A stretch of DNA of 52,704 nucleotides from Pseudomonadota bacterium. Its GTDB lineage: Bacteria; Pseudomonadota; Gammaproteobacteria; Burkholderiales; SG8-39. The notes beneath the pieces are model-generated. The model had not been told where the DNA came from. It saw only the letters and a program-made list of their open reading frames with translations, and made no database searches. Shown piece by piece: positions 17,153-27,427 of the stretch (within the stretch, counting starts at the first letter, position 1; each line of letters begins with the position of its first letter). The stretch covers positions 1 to 52,704 of the forward strand of contig JAZDIA010000099.1 of NCBI GenBank assembly GCA_043805375.1, read 5' to 3'. The translations under genes were made by a program, and so were the position numbers.

Positions 17153-18556
17153 TCAAGCCCGCCGCCAGGTCGTGCCTTGCGGCGTATCCTCGAGCACGAC
17201 GCCGGCATCGAGCAGCTCGCGCCTGATGCGGTCGGCCTCGGCGTAGTTCCTGCCCTTCTTGGCGGCGGCGCGTTCCTGAATCAGGGCGGCAATCCGTTCG
17301 GGAAAATAGGCGTCGGGCGCGGCGGCTGCGCCCGCGAGGCGAACTCCTGCATCCTGCGGCCTTTGCAAGAACTCCGTCGCATCCCTTTGCAACAGTCCCA
17401 GCACGCCGCCTAAGGCGCGCAGCAGGACAGCCTTGCTGCCGTTCGCCGACTTGTTGACTTCATTCGCCAGTTCGAACAGCACGGCGACCGCCTCCGGCGT
17501 ATTGAAGTCGTCATCCATTGCCGTGCGAAAGCGCGCCGCGTACGCATCGCTCCAGTCGATCGCGCCCGCGGCAAGCGGCGCGCGCTTGAGCGCCGTGTAC
17601 AGCCGCGCAAGCGCATGCTTCGCGTCGTCCAGATGCTGGTCGGAGTAGTTGAGCGCGCTGCGGTAATGCGCGCGCAGGATGAAAAAACGCACTACCTCGG
17701 CATCGTGTTGTTTCAGCACCTCGCGGATGGTGAAGAAATTGCCGAGCGACTTGGACATCTTTTCGTCCTCGGCGCGCACAAAACCGTTGTGCATCCAGTA
17801 ATTCACGAAAACGTCGCCGTGCGCGCCCTCCGACTGCGCGATTTCGTTCTCGTGGTGGGGGAACTGCAAGTCCTGGCCGCCGCCATGAATATCGAAATGC
17901 GCACCGAGCAGTTCGCTCGACATGACCGAGCACTCGATGTGCCAGCCGGGGCGGCCCTCGCCCCAGGGTGACGCCCAGGCGGGCTCGCCTTCCTTGGCCC
18001 GCTTCCACAGGACGAAGTCGAGCGGGTCGTGCTTGCTCGGATCCGTTTCGACGCGCTCGCCCGCGCGCAATTCGTCCAGGGTCTTGCCCGAAAGCCTGCC
18101 GTAGCCGGGAAACTTGCGCACCGAGTAGTTGATGTCGCCGCTCGCCGCCTGATACGCCAGGCCGTTGCCCTGCAGCACTTTGATCATATCCAGCATGCCG
18201 CCGATGTATTGCGTCGCGCGCGGCTCATGATCGGGTTTCTGCACCCCCAGGGCCGCAGCATCCTCGTCCATATAGCCGATGAAACGCCGCGTCAGCTCGC
18301 CTATGGTTTCGCCGTTCTCGAGCGCGCGGCGGATGATCTTGTCGTCGACGTCGGTGATGTTGCGTGCGTAAGTGACTTCAAATCCGGTGGCGCGCAGCCA
18401 GCGCTGCACCATGTCGAACACCACCAAGACGCGCGCATGGCCCAGGTGGCAGTAATCGTAGACGGTCATGCCGCATACGTACATGCGCACCCTGCCCGGC
18501 TCAATCGGGACAAAATTCTGCTTGCGCCGGGCAAGGGTGTTGTATATTTTCAGCAT
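17153..18556 (-). CDS. cysS: Cysteine--tRNA ligase
   Basis: [21 protein letters not shown] (HIGH) and KMSKS motifs. The ATG at 18556 is preferred over the TTG at 18562. Confidence 0.95.
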   Translation of the reverse strand: MLKIYNTLARRKQNFVPIEPGRVRMYVCGMTVYDYCHLGHARVLVVFDMVQRWLRATGFEVTYARNITDVDDKIIRRALENGETIGELTRRFIGYMDEDAAALGVQKPDHEPRATQYIGGMLDMIKVLQGNGLAYQAASGDINYSVRKFPGYGRLSGKTLDELRAGERVETDPSKHDPLDFVLWKRAKEGEPAWASPWGEGRPGWHIECSVMSSELLGAHFDIHGGGQDLQFPHHENEIAQSEGAHGDVFVNYWMHNGFVRAEDEKMSKSLGNFFTIREVLKQHDAEVVRFFILRAHYRSALNYSDQHLDDAKHALARLYTALKRAPLAAGAIDWSDAYAARFRTAMDDDFNTPEAVAVLFELANEVNKSANGSKAVLLRALGGVLGLLQRDATEFLQRPQDAGVRLAGAAAAPDAYFPERIAALIQERAAAKKGRNYAEADRIRRELLDAGVVLEDTPQGTTWRRA

Positions 18557-18710
18557 GCGCAAAAAGCGGCCAGGATGCGGTTGGCTGCGCCGCGTTTTCC
18601 GCGTGAAGGCAGCGCCACGACCGAAACTTTGACAGCGCCTCTATTGTGGATATTCCGGTGTTGTTGTTACAATGCAAAGTTATCTAATTGGCATAGGAAA
18701 TTATATCATA

Positions 18711-19727
18711 ATGCACCCGTTCCTTCGCCGCACCGCAGTCGCGCTCAGCCTCGTTTTGGCTGCCGCTGCCGTCCAAGCCGACGAGCTGCAGGACATCAAT
18801 CGCATGATGCGCGAGGGCCAGTTGCCCCAGTCCCTGGAACGTATCGACAAATTTCTGGCCGGCAAGCCGCGCGACGCGCAGGGGCGGTTCTTGAAGGGCC
18901 TGATCCTGACCGAGATGAACCGACCGGCCGAAGCGATCCAGGTGTTCGCGAAGCTGTCCGAGGACTACCCCGAACTGCCGGAGCCATACAACAACCTGGC
19001 CGTTCTGTATGCTTCGCAGGGCCAGTACGAGAAGGCCAGGACCGCATTGGAAAGCTCAATCCGCACGCATCCGAGCTACGCCACCGCGCATGAGAACCTG
19101 GGCGACATCTATGCCAAGCTCGCCAGCCAGGCCTACGACAAGGCGCTGCAGCTTGATTCCTCCAATACCGGCGCCAAGACTAAGCTGGCCATGATAGGCG
19201 AACTGATAGGCGGCGGAACGCGCGCTGCCCGCGCGCCTGCGCGCCCGGAAGCGGTCAAGACGGCGGAGGCGGCCCCGGACAAGGCAGCCGATGCCGCCAA
19301 GGCCAGCGTGGTCGCGGGCGCGGCCAAATCAGGCGCCGAACCCAAGTCGTCCGAGCCAGCGGCCAGGGCCAGTGGCGGCCCGAGCGCGGAAACCGACGAA
19401 CTGATCAGCACCGTGCATGCCTGGGCCAGCGCCTGGGCCGAGAAAGACGTGACCGGCTACCTCGCGCATTACGCCGAGGACTTCAAGACGCCCAAGGGCG
19501 AGGCGCGCGGCGACTGGGAAAAAGCGCGGCAGCAGCGCATCAGCGCGCCGAAGAAAATCGAAGTCGCAATCGAGTCGCCCAAGGTCAGCATCAGCGGCGA
19601 CAACGCCGCGAGCGTGAGCTTCCGCCAGATTTATCGTTCCGACGTGATCAAGGCCTCGGGCACCAAAACGCTGGTCATGGTCAAGAGCAATGGGAAATGG
19701 CTAATACGTGAAGAACGGGTCAATTAA
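18711..19727 (+). CDS. Exported TPR-repeat protein with a C-terminal domain of about 110 aa shared with the next gene
   Basis: Signal peptide MHPFLRRTAVALSLVLAAAAVQA, TPR-like repeats, Ala/Pro-rich linker, then a C-terminal W..W...YL.HY...F...W module. Confidence 0.75.
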   Translation: MHPFLRRTAVALSLVLAAAAVQADELQDINRMMREGQLPQSLERIDKFLAGKPRDAQGRFLKGLILTEMNRPAEAIQVFAKLSEDYPELPEPYNNLAVLYASQGQYEKARTALESSIRTHPSYATAHENLGDIYAKLASQAYDKALQLDSSNTGAKTKLAMIGELIGGGTRAARAPARPEAVKTAEAAPDKAADAAKASVVAGAAKSGAEPKSSEPAARASGGPSAETDELISTVHAWASAWAEKDVTGYLAHYAEDFKTPKGEARGDWEKARQQRISAPKKIEVAIESPKVSISGDNAASVSFRQIYRSDVIKASGTKTLVMVKSNGKWLIREERVN

Positions 19728-19730
19728 CTG

Positions 19731-20924
19731 ATGCAATTGCGGCGCGGATTCTCGAACATACTGCTCGCCGGAGCCCTGTGCCTTGGCAGTGTTTTCTTCC
19801 TTTCCCCTGCCCCCGCCCAAGCGGACCAAAGCACCGACGAACTGCTGGGCAAGGCATTCGAGGAAATCGAGAACAACCGCCTCGATCAGGCGCTCAATCA
19901 CATTGAAGCGCTGCTTCGGGCCAAACCCAATTTCCGCCTGGCGTACCTGATCAAAGGCGACCTGCTGCTGGCCCGAGGCCGTGCGCTCAGGACGTTCGGC
20001 AATGCCCCCCAAGGGGCGCGCGAGAGCCTCGATGGACTGCGCGCCGAAGCGCTGGCGCGCCTGCATGCCTACCGCGATCGCCCGTCGCAGGACCGGGTAC
20101 CGCGCTATCTGATGCAACTGCGCGCGGACCAACGCTACGCCATCGTTGTGGACAACGAGCGCGCGCGCCTGTACCTGTACCAGAACGAGAATGGCCGGCC
20201 GCGCTTCGTCGCCGATTACTACATCAGCACCGGCAAGCGCAGCGGCGAGAAAACGCGCGAAGGCGACGAAAAAACGCCCGTGGGCGTGTACCACGTTACC
20301 GCCAGTCTGCCGCGAAACAAGCTCTCCGATTTCTACGGCAGCGGCGCGTTCCCCATCAGCTACCCCAACGAATTGGACAAGCGCCATGGCAGGAACGGCT
20401 ATGGCATTTGGCTGCACGGCACACCCAGCGATACCTACAGCCGCGCGCCGCGCGCCAGCAACGGCTGCGTGGTGCTCGCCAACGCGGATCTGGACGCATT
20501 GTCCAAGAAGCTGCAAATCGGACTCACGCCGGTGATCATCAGCGAGCAAGTCGAATGGCTGTCGCTGGATGACTGGCACGCCGAGCGCAATGCGTTCAAA
20601 TCCGAAATAGAGCGCTGGCGCAGCGACTGGGAAAGCCTCGACACCGAGCGCTACCTGACCCACTACTCGAAGAAATTCTCCACCGAGCGCGAGAACTTCT
20701 CCGACTGGGCGCGGCACAAGCGCCAGGTCAACAGCGGCAAGACCTGGATCAAGCTGAACCTTTCCAATTTCAGCATGTTCCGCGATCCCGGCGAGGACGA
20801 GCTGGTCGTGGTGACCTTCGACCAGGATTACCGCTCGAGCAACCTGTCCGATACCGTGAAGAAGCGTCAATACTGGACCAAGGAAGGCAACAAGTGGCGG
20901 ATCATTTACGAGGGTGCGGCGTAA
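19731..20924 (+). CDS. L,D-transpeptidase family protein (YkuD domain) with the same C-terminal module
   Basis: Signal peptide; catalytic region GIWLHGTP...SNGCVVL; C-terminal ERYLTHYSKKF...GNKWRIIYE. Confidence 0.8.
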   Translation: MQLRRGFSNILLAGALCLGSVFFLSPAPAQADQSTDELLGKAFEEIENNRLDQALNHIEALLRAKPNFRLAYLIKGDLLLARGRALRTFGNAPQGARESLDGLRAEALARLHAYRDRPSQDRVPRYLMQLRADQRYAIVVDNERARLYLYQNENGRPRFVADYYISTGKRSGEKTREGDEKTPVGVYHVTASLPRNKLSDFYGSGAFPISYPNELDKRHGRNGYGIWLHGTPSDTYSRAPRASNGCVVLANADLDALSKKLQIGLTPVIISEQVEWLSLDDWHAERNAFKSEIERWRSDWESLDTERYLTHYSKKFSTERENFSDWARHKRQVNSGKTWIKLNLSNFSMFRDPGEDELVVVTFDQDYRSSNLSDTVKKRQYWTKEGNKWRIIYEGAA

Positions 20925-20993
20925 TTTAAGTGAAGACCAGCGCCGGCGCCATGCAAGCGGTAGCCCTCATTTCAGAAAAATGGCGAGCGCATC

Positions 20994-21485
20994 ATGGTCA
21001 AACTGCATACCAACCACGGCACCATCACCCTGGAACTGGACGCCGCCGAGGCGCCCAAGACGGTGGAGAATTTTCTGTCTTATGTGAAGAGCGGCCACTA
21101 CGACAACACCGTGTTTCACCGCGTCATCAACGGTTTCATGATCCAGGGCGGCGGTTTCGAACCTGGCATGCGGCAAAAGCCGACGCAGGCACAGGTCGAG
21201 AACGAGGCGCATAACGGCCTCAAGAACGAGCGCTACACGGTGGCCATGGCGCGCACCTCCGACCCGCATTCGGCCAGCGCCCAATTTTTCGTCAACGTCA
21301 AGGACAACAGCTTCCTTGACCACAGCGCGCCGACGCCGCAGGGCTGGGGTTATTGCGTGTTCGGCAAAGTGGTCGAAGGCATGGATGTGGTGGACAAGAT
21401 CAAGGGCGTGAAGACTGTCAGCCGCGGCGGCCATCAGGATGTGCCCAGCGAAGACGTGATATTGGAACGCGCAGAACTGACGTAA
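20994..21485 (+). CDS. ppiB: Peptidyl-prolyl cis-trans isomerase B (cyclophilin type)
   Basis: [15 protein letters not shown]...[19 protein letters not shown]; near-collinear with E. coli PpiB. Confidence 0.95.
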   Translation: MVKLHTNHGTITLELDAAEAPKTVENFLSYVKSGHYDNTVFHRVINGFMIQGGGFEPGMRQKPTQAQVENEAHNGLKNERYTVAMARTSDPHSASAQFFVNVKDNSFLDHSAPTPQGWGYCVFGKVVEGMDVVDKIKGVKTVSRGGHQDVPSEDVILERAELT

Positions 21486-21575
21486 GGCGGAGCGCAAAAT
21501 GCAGAATGCAGGTTCAAACGGCACCGCCGCTCCGCGATTTCGGTTTCGTGTTCTGCCACCTACCCCCAAGCCCTT

Positions 21576-22301
21576 TTGACCACCCTCTTCATCTCCGACC
21601 TGCACCTTTGCTCCAGCCGGCCGGGGATCAACCGAATTTTTTTCGGTTTTCTCGAGCGCGAGGCGCGCAGCGCCAATGCGCTCTACATCCTCGGTGACCT
21701 GTTCGAGTACTGGGCCGGCGATGACGACCTGGTCGATCCGTTCAACGCCGCGGTCGCCACCGCCCTCGCCCGGCTCGCCGGCAGTGGCGTCCCGATCTAC
21801 TTGATGCACGGCAACCGCGATTTTGTCATCGGCGAGACTTTCGCGCGTGCCGGCGGGGTGAAGCTACTGCCAGATCCCGCCTTGCTGAACCTGCACGGAC
21901 AGAGCGTCCTGCTCTTGCACGGCGACACCCTGTGCACGCTGGACCAGGAATACCAGGCGTTCCGGCGCGAGGCGCGCAGCGACACTTGGATACGCAATCT
22001 GCTTCGCCAGCCCTTGGGCGAACGCAAAGCGGCGATCGAAGCGCTGCGCCGCCAAAGCGAGCAGGAAAAACGCAGTAAGCCGTCCGAGATCATGGATGTC
22101 GCGCCGGCCGAAGTCGAAGCGATGCTGCGCCGTTACCGCTATCCGCGGATGATCCACGGCCATACCCACCGCCCCGCGCGTCATGTGCACACCGTCGACG
22201 GCCACGCCTGTGAGCGCTGGGTGCTGGCCGACTGGTATCAGGCCGGCAGCTATCTTGCCTGCGACGAATCAGGCTGCCACCAAGTCCAACTTCCCGCCTA
22301 A
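21576..22301 (+). CDS. lpxH: UDP-2,3-diacylglucosamine diphosphatase LpxH (TTG start)
   Basis: LFISDLHL, GDLFEYW, HGNRDF and GHTHRP metallophosphoesterase motifs. Confidence 0.9.
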   Translation: MTTLFISDLHLCSSRPGINRIFFGFLEREARSANALYILGDLFEYWAGDDDLVDPFNAAVATALARLAGSGVPIYLMHGNRDFVIGETFARAGGVKLLPDPALLNLHGQSVLLLHGDTLCTLDQEYQAFRREARSDTWIRNLLRQPLGERKAAIEALRRQSEQEKRSKPSEIMDVAPAEVEAMLRRYRYPRMIHGHTHRPARHVHTVDGHACERWVLADWYQAGSYLACDESGCHQVQLPA

Positions 22302-22355
22302 ACCTCAAGCCGGAAGCAAACACAGAGCGCAGCGCGCAGGCGTCAAATTCCAGAA

Positions 22356-23879
22356 CTAATCCGTCTCCACCAGTCCGAGGTCCAACTGGGTGCTTTCCTC
22401 GTCATCGGAGAATTCCCCACGGGCGCAGTTGCGGTGGTTCTCCACGCTATCGAGGTATTCGCGCGTGACGTCGCCGGTGATGTAATTGCCGTCGAAGCAG
22501 GAGGTTTCAAATTCCGCGAGCCGCGGGTTGGCCTCGCGCACCGCGGCTTTAAGCGCATCCAGATCCTGGTAGATGAGTGCGTCGGCGCCGATTTCACGCG
22601 CGATTTCCTCATGGCTGCGGCCATTGGCGATCAGTTCCTGGCGCGTGGGCATGTCGATGCCGTAGACGTTGGGATAGCGCACCGGCGGCGCGGCCGAGGC
22701 GAAGAACACCCGGTTGGCGCCGGACTCGCGCGCCATCATCACGATTTCGCGGCTGGTGGTGCCGCGCACGATGGAATCGTCGACCAGCAGCACGTTCTTG
22801 CGCTTGAATTCCATCGCTATCGCGTTCAGCTTTTGCCGCACCGATTTCTTGCGCTCCCTCTGGCCGGGCATGATGAAGGTGCGGCCAATGTAGCGGTTCT
22901 TGACGAAGCCTTCGCGGTAAGACAAGCCCAGATTCAAGGCGAGTTGCATCGCGCTGGGGCGGCTGGAATCGGGAATCGGGATCACCACGTCGATATCCAG
23001 ATGCGCGTACTGGGTCCTGATCTTCGCCGCCAACTGCTCGCCCATGTGCAGCCGCGTCTCGTAGACAGACACCCCGTCCATGAGCGAGTCCGGGCGCGCA
23101 AGGTAGACATACTCGAAAATGCAGGGGTTGAGCGAACTCCTGCCGGCGCACTGGCGGCTGTAGAAATTGCCGTCCTCGTCGATAAACACGGCCTCGCCCG
23201 GCATAACGTCGCGTACGATCTGGAAACCCAGGGTGTCTAAGGCCACCGATTCCGACGCCACCAGGTATTCGTAACCGCTGCCCCTGTCGATGCGGCCGAT
23301 CACCAGCGGCCTGATGCCGTAAGGGTCGCGGAAAGCGAGCAGACCGTAGCCGGCGATCATCGCCACCACGGCGTACGCGCCGCGGCAGCGCCGGTGCACG
23401 TTGGCCCCCGCGGTAAAGATAATCTGGGGATCGAGCTTGTAATTGGTCGAAGCCTCCTGCAACTCGTGCGCCAGCACGTTCAGCAGCACTTCGGAATCCG
23501 AGTTGGTGTTGATATGGCGCAGGTCCTGACGGAACATTTCCTGTTTCAGGCTCTCCGAATTGGTAAGGTTGCCGTTGTGGCCGAGCACGATCCCGAACGG
23601 CGAGTTGACGTAAAACGGTTGCGATTCGGCAGCGCTCGAAGGCGAGCCCGCGGTAGGATAACGGCAGTGGGCGATGCCCATGTTGCCCATCAGGGCGCGC
23701 ATGTTGCGGGTGTGAAATACGTCGCGCACCAGCCCCCCGCCTTTGTGCATGTGGAAGGTCTGCCCCTCGGACGTGGCGATGCCCGCCGCGTCCTGCCCGC
23801 GATGCTGCAGCACCAGCAGCCCGTCGTAGAGCAACTGGTTCACCGGAGTCCTAGCCACTACACCGAGAATTCCGCACAT
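22356..23879 (-). CDS. purF: Amidophosphoribosyltransferase
   Basis: MCGILGVV N-terminal nucleophile Cys; PRTase loop [14 protein letters not shown]. The ORF-track extension to 23954 is rejected. Confidence 0.95.
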   Translation of the reverse strand: MCGILGVVARTPVNQLLYDGLLVLQHRGQDAAGIATSEGQTFHMHKGGGLVRDVFHTRNMRALMGNMGIAHCRYPTAGSPSSAAESQPFYVNSPFGIVLGHNGNLTNSESLKQEMFRQDLRHINTNSDSEVLLNVLAHELQEASTNYKLDPQIIFTAGANVHRRCRGAYAVVAMIAGYGLLAFRDPYGIRPLVIGRIDRGSGYEYLVASESVALDTLGFQIVRDVMPGEAVFIDEDGNFYSRQCAGRSSLNPCIFEYVYLARPDSLMDGVSVYETRLHMGEQLAAKIRTQYAHLDIDVVIPIPDSSRPSAMQLALNLGLSYREGFVKNRYIGRTFIMPGQRERKKSVRQKLNAIAMEFKRKNVLLVDDSIVRGTTSREIVMMARESGANRVFFASAAPPVRYPNVYGIDMPTRQELIANGRSHEEIAREIGADALIYQDLDALKAAVREANPRLAEFETSCFDGNYITGDVTREYLDSVENHRNCARGEFSDDEESTQLDLGLVETD

Positions 23880-23883
23880 GGTG

Positions 23884-24372
23884 TCACCTGTAACGGATGC
23901 GCTGCGCCAAATCTTTCGGTAGCGCCGGCTTGGCTGCCAGCACCGCGGTTTCAACCGGGCCGGAAAGCACCGCCTCGCGCCAGAAAGGCTCCTTCGGCAG
24001 GCTGGTCAACCCGGCCAGCATCACCCCGACAAACACGATCAGCGCGCCGCGCACGAACCCGAACAAGGCGCCGACGGCGCGGTCGGTGAATCCCAGGCCT
24101 GCGACGCGAAACAGCTTCGCCAACAGCAGTCCGGCCAATCCCGACAGGAGCAACACACCGAGGAAAATCACCAGGTAGGCAATGACCGCCCTCAGCACCG
24201 GCGACAACGCCGCCGGCAGCCACTGCGCCAATTCCTGCGCGAACAGCCCTGACAGGATCAGTGCCGCCGCCCACCCCGCCAGCGCGGTGATTTCCCTCAC
24301 CACGCCCCGAAATACCGCCAACAGCACCGACAGGGCGATGATGGCGATCACGGCATAATCAAACCATGTCAT
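23884..24372 (-). CDS. cvpA: Colicin V production protein CvpA
   Basis: 162-aa polytopic membrane protein directly upstream of purF, the conserved cvpA-purF pair. Confidence 0.85.
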   Translation of the reverse strand: MTWFDYAVIAIIALSVLLAVFRGVVREITALAGWAAALILSGLFAQELAQWLPAALSPVLRAVIAYLVIFLGVLLLSGLAGLLLAKLFRVAGLGFTDRAVGALFGFVRGALIVFVGVMLAGLTSLPKEPFWREAVLSGPVETAVLAAKPALPKDLAQRIRYR

Positions 24373-25013
24373 CGGCTCGCGACAGCGCCCGGCTTGAGTC
24401 CCATCGCCTCCAGCTTGGCGCGCGTCTTCTCCGCAGCTTCCCTGCTGGCAAAAGGCCCGGCGCGCACGCGCGTCAATTCGCCCTTGCCGGTCTTCACCGG
24501 TTCAGTATAAGACTTTACCCCGGCCGCAGAAAGCCTCGACCGCAGCTGATGCACGTTTTTCGCATCGGAAAACGCATCGAGCGTCACTACCCAGGTCTGG
24601 TCGCCGAGCGCAGCCTGTGCCCGCCCCTGTTCGGTTTTTTCGGCAGGCAGCGCCTGCGCCTTGGCGGCCTTGGCCGCCGGCTCCCGTTCCGACTTGGCCG
24701 GGGATGTCTCCGACTTGGCCGGGGACGTCTCCGTCTTGGCCGGGGGCGGTCCGGCGTTGACGGGCGGGATCTCGGCTTTTTTCTCGGTCGCCGGCGCGGC
24801 AGGCATCTGCGGCGCGGGCGGTACGACGCGGGTGGCAAAACCGCTCGATTCCTGCCTTGGGATCTGCACCTCGAGCGACGGGCCGGCGGGGCCAGGCTCC
24901 TTGTCCAGGACCAGAGGCAGAATGATGACGACGAAAGTCACCAGGGCGATCGCGCCGACCAGGCGGCGCCGGGCTCGCCGTTTCAGCTGCAGGGCTTCTT
25001 CGCTTTCCGCCAT
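24369..25013 (-). CDS. SPOR domain-containing protein (DedD-like)
   Basis: N-terminal TM helix, Pro/Ala/Lys-rich linker with heptad repeats, C-terminal SPOR-like fold (WVVTLDAFSDAKNV...RVRAGPFASREAAE). Confidence 0.8.
   Translation of the reverse strand: MAESEEALQLKRRARRRLVGAIALVTFVVIILPLVLDKEPGPAGPSLEVQIPRQESSGFATRVVPPAPQMPAAPATEKKAEIPPVNAGPPPAKTETSPAKSETSPAKSEREPAAKAAKAQALPAEKTEQGRAQAALGDQTWVVTLDAFSDAKNVHQLRSRLSAAGVKSYTEPVKTGKGELTRVRAGPFASREAAEKTRAKLEAMGLKPGAVASR
24691..24746. repeat. 21-bp in-frame tandem repeat (about 2.6 copies) inside the SPOR gene linker
   Basis: GACTTGGCCGGGGATGTCTCC / GACTTGGCCGGGGACGTCTCC / GTCTTGGCCGGGGG. Encodes the ...TSPAKSE TSPAKSE... heptads. Confidence 0.85.
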
Positions 25014-26291
25014 CTACGCCTTCGGTGACTCCCGCGCAGCGAGAACGTCTGCAACGGTATGAAAGGATCCAAACACCACAATTCTATCATTATCGGCAGC
25101 CTCGTTGCAGGCAGCCGCATAGGCAAGCGCCGGACTTTCGAACTCGCGCACCGCGTACACGCCGGCCTGCCGCAGCGCCTGCGCCAGCTCCGCTGCCCGG
25201 GCACCGCGCGGCGGCGGCAGGGAGCAGACCAACCACTGATCCACGTGCTGCGCGAGCAAGCTCACTACGCCGGCAATGTCCTTGTCGCGCAACATGCCGA
25301 ATACCGCCCAGGTAGCCGAGCAAGGACCCATGTCGAACAGGTTGTCCGCCAGGACTGCGGCCGCGTGCGGGTTGTGTCCGACGTCGAGCACCACTGCCGG
25401 CCGTCCCGGCAGCACCTGAAAGCGTCCGGGCAACCCGACCTCGGCTAATCCACGTCGTAGTTGCTCGATTGAGAGCGGCAGCCACTGCTGCAGCATATCC
25501 AGGGCCGCGAGCGCCGCATTCGCATTTTGCATCTGGACCCTGCCGCGCAGCGCCGGGTAGACGAGGCCGGATTTCCTGCCTGCCGGCCCCCAGAACAACC
25601 ACTGATCGGGCTCGACCTCGCAGCCGAATTCCAGCCCGATGCGCAGCAGCCGCGCGCCTATTGCCTGCGCGTGCGCCAGCACCGACGCCGGCGGCGCAGG
25701 ATCGGCCAGCACCGCCGGTTTGCCGGCGCGGAAAATGCCGGCCTTCTCATAGCCGATAGCCTCGCGCGTGGCGCCAAGATAATCCATGTGGTCCAGGCCG
25801 ATGCTGGTGACGATGGCGCAGTCGGCGTCAAAGGCATTCACCGCGTCCAGGCGTCCGCCCATGCCTACTTCCAGCACCAGCACGTCGACGGCGCTGCGCA
25901 GGAACAGATCCACTGCGGCGAGCGTGCCGAACTCGAAATAAGTCAGGCGCGTGTTCCCGGCCTTTTCCGTTCTGGCCGCCTCGACCCGCGCGAATGCGCA
26001 AGCGAGCATCGCATCATCGGCCTCCTTTCCAGCGATGCGCACGCGCTCGTTGTAGCGCAGCAGATGCGGCGAGGTATAGAGGCCGACGCGATAGCCCGCC
26101 GCCGAGAGCATGGCTTCCAGCATGGCGCAGGTCGAGCCTTTGCCATTGGTGCCGGCAACGGTGATGACCGGAACCGCGGGCCGAAGGCCCATCGCGGCGC
26201 GCACGCGCTCGACCCGCTCCAGTCCGAGGGCGATGGCCTGCGGATGCTGCTGCTCGATGTAGGCGAGCCAGCCGGCGAGATCTTTAGGCAC
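25014..26291 (-). CDS. folC: Bifunctional folylpolyglutamate synthase / dihydrofolate synthase (GTG start)
   Basis: WLAYIEQQHPQAIALGLERV, P-loop VAGTNGKGST; 425 aa. Confidence 0.9.
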   Translation of the reverse strand: MPKDLAGWLAYIEQQHPQAIALGLERVERVRAAMGLRPAVPVITVAGTNGKGSTCAMLEAMLSAAGYRVGLYTSPHLLRYNERVRIAGKEADDAMLACAFARVEAARTEKAGNTRLTYFEFGTLAAVDLFLRSAVDVLVLEVGMGGRLDAVNAFDADCAIVTSIGLDHMDYLGATREAIGYEKAGIFRAGKPAVLADPAPPASVLAHAQAIGARLLRIGLEFGCEVEPDQWLFWGPAGRKSGLVYPALRGRVQMQNANAALAALDMLQQWLPLSIEQLRRGLAEVGLPGRFQVLPGRPAVVLDVGHNPHAAAVLADNLFDMGPCSATWAVFGMLRDKDIAGVVSLLAQHVDQWLVCSLPPPRGARAAELAQALRQAGVYAVREFESPALAYAAACNEAADNDRIVVFGSFHTVADVLAARESPKA

Positions 26292-26316
26292 TTACGAATC
26301 TAGCGTTGACATAATT

Positions 26317-26551
26317 GGAATTGCGATGTTGCGCGGACGAGAAACCGTCCGCGCGGATCGCCGATTGCGCACGGACGAAAAGACGTCCGTACGCAATCGG
26401 CGATCTTGTATAAAAACAACCCCAAGCCGTTGTTGCCATAACCGTGATTTTGGTACGGATGCGCGTTTCGTCCGTACCAAAATCACGGTTGGCGCGCGTA
26501 GCGCGCAATGCCTGTTACTCGCATGCGACAGTACTTAGGATGCCGTATATA
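26317..26551 (+). repeat. Composite multi-hairpin repeat, locus B (most complete copy), between accD and folC
   Basis: Hairpins at 26331-26354 (9 bp), 26356-26405 (22 bp, 1 mismatch), 26415-26434 (6 bp), 26440-26490 (20 bp perfect) and 26489-26508 (GC palindrome). Homologous to loci A and C. Confidence 0.9.
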
Positions 26552-26557
26552 GTGTGC

Positions 26558-27427
26558 TCAGGCGTGCTCCGGAGCGACGCGCATCAGCAGCGTAATCAAC
26601 TGCGCCAGCCGGTCGCGCATCTGGCGCCGGTCGACGATCATGTCGATGGCGCCCTTCTCCAGCAGAAACTCGGCGCGCTGGAAGCCTTCAGGCAGTTTCT
26701 CCCGCACGGTCTGCTCGATCACGCGCGGACCGGCAAAGCCGATCAGCGCGCGCGGCTCGGCGATGATCACATCGCCCTGCATGGCGAAACTCGCCGACAC
26801 GCCGCCCATAGTGGGATCGGTAAGCACCGAAATGAATGGGAGCTTGCGCGCCGCGAGTTGGGTCAGCACCGCCGTAGTCTTCGCCATTTGCATCAGCGAC
26901 AACAGTCCCTCCTGCATGCGTGCGCCGCCGGTGGCAGTGAAGCAGACGAAGGGCAGGTTCTGCTCCACGCACACGTGCACGCCGCGCACGAAACGCTCGC
27001 CCACCACCGAGCCCATCGATCCGCCCATGAACTCGAACTCGAACACTGCCGCCACCAGCGGGACGTTCTTGATTGCGCCCTGTATCACTACCAAGGCGTC
27101 AGTCTCGCCGGTTTGGCGTTGCGCATCTTCGAGGCGGTCGGAATAGCGCTTGCTGTCCTTGAACTTGAGGGCGTCCAGCGGCAATACCTCGGCGCCGATC
27201 TCGAAACGGCCCTCGGCGTCGAGCAGCATGTCGATGCGCGCGCGCGCCGACAGGCGATTGTGATAGCCGCACTTGGGACAGACGTTGAGGTTTGTTTCCA
27301 GTTCGCTGGCATAAAGCACCGCGCCGCAGGACTCGCATTTGATCCACACCCCTTCCGGCACCGCACGCCTGCCCGGTCCGATGGATCGCTTGATCTTGGG
27401 CGGCAGCAGTTTCTGCAACCAGTTCAT
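26558..27427 (-). CDS. accD: Acetyl-CoA carboxylase carboxyltransferase subunit beta
   Basis: [13 protein letters not shown], zinc ribbon CESCGAVLY...CPKCGYH. The start at 27427 overlaps the trpA stop (ATGA). Confidence 0.95.
   Translation of the reverse strand: MNWLQKLLPPKIKRSIGPGRRAVPEGVWIKCESCGAVLYASELETNLNVCPKCGYHNRLSARARIDMLLDAEGRFEIGAEVLPLDALKFKDSKRYSDRLEDAQRQTGETDALVVIQGAIKNVPLVAAVFEFEFMGGSMGSVVGERFVRGVHVCVEQNLPFVCFTATGGARMQEGLLSLMQMAKTTAVLTQLAARKLPFISVLTDPTMGGVSASFAMQGDVIIAEPRALIGFAGPRVIEQTVREKLPEGFQRAEFLLEKGAIDMIVDRRQMRDRLAQLITLLMRVAPEHA

Noticed and set aside
26437-26493. Possibility that the long bulged hairpins (CCATAACCGTG...CACGGTTGG) are integron attC sites
   Set aside because: The outer boxes only loosely resemble RYYYAAC/GTTRRRY. 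There is no intI gene, no cassette-like ORF array, and the flanking genes are core housekeeping genes in operons.
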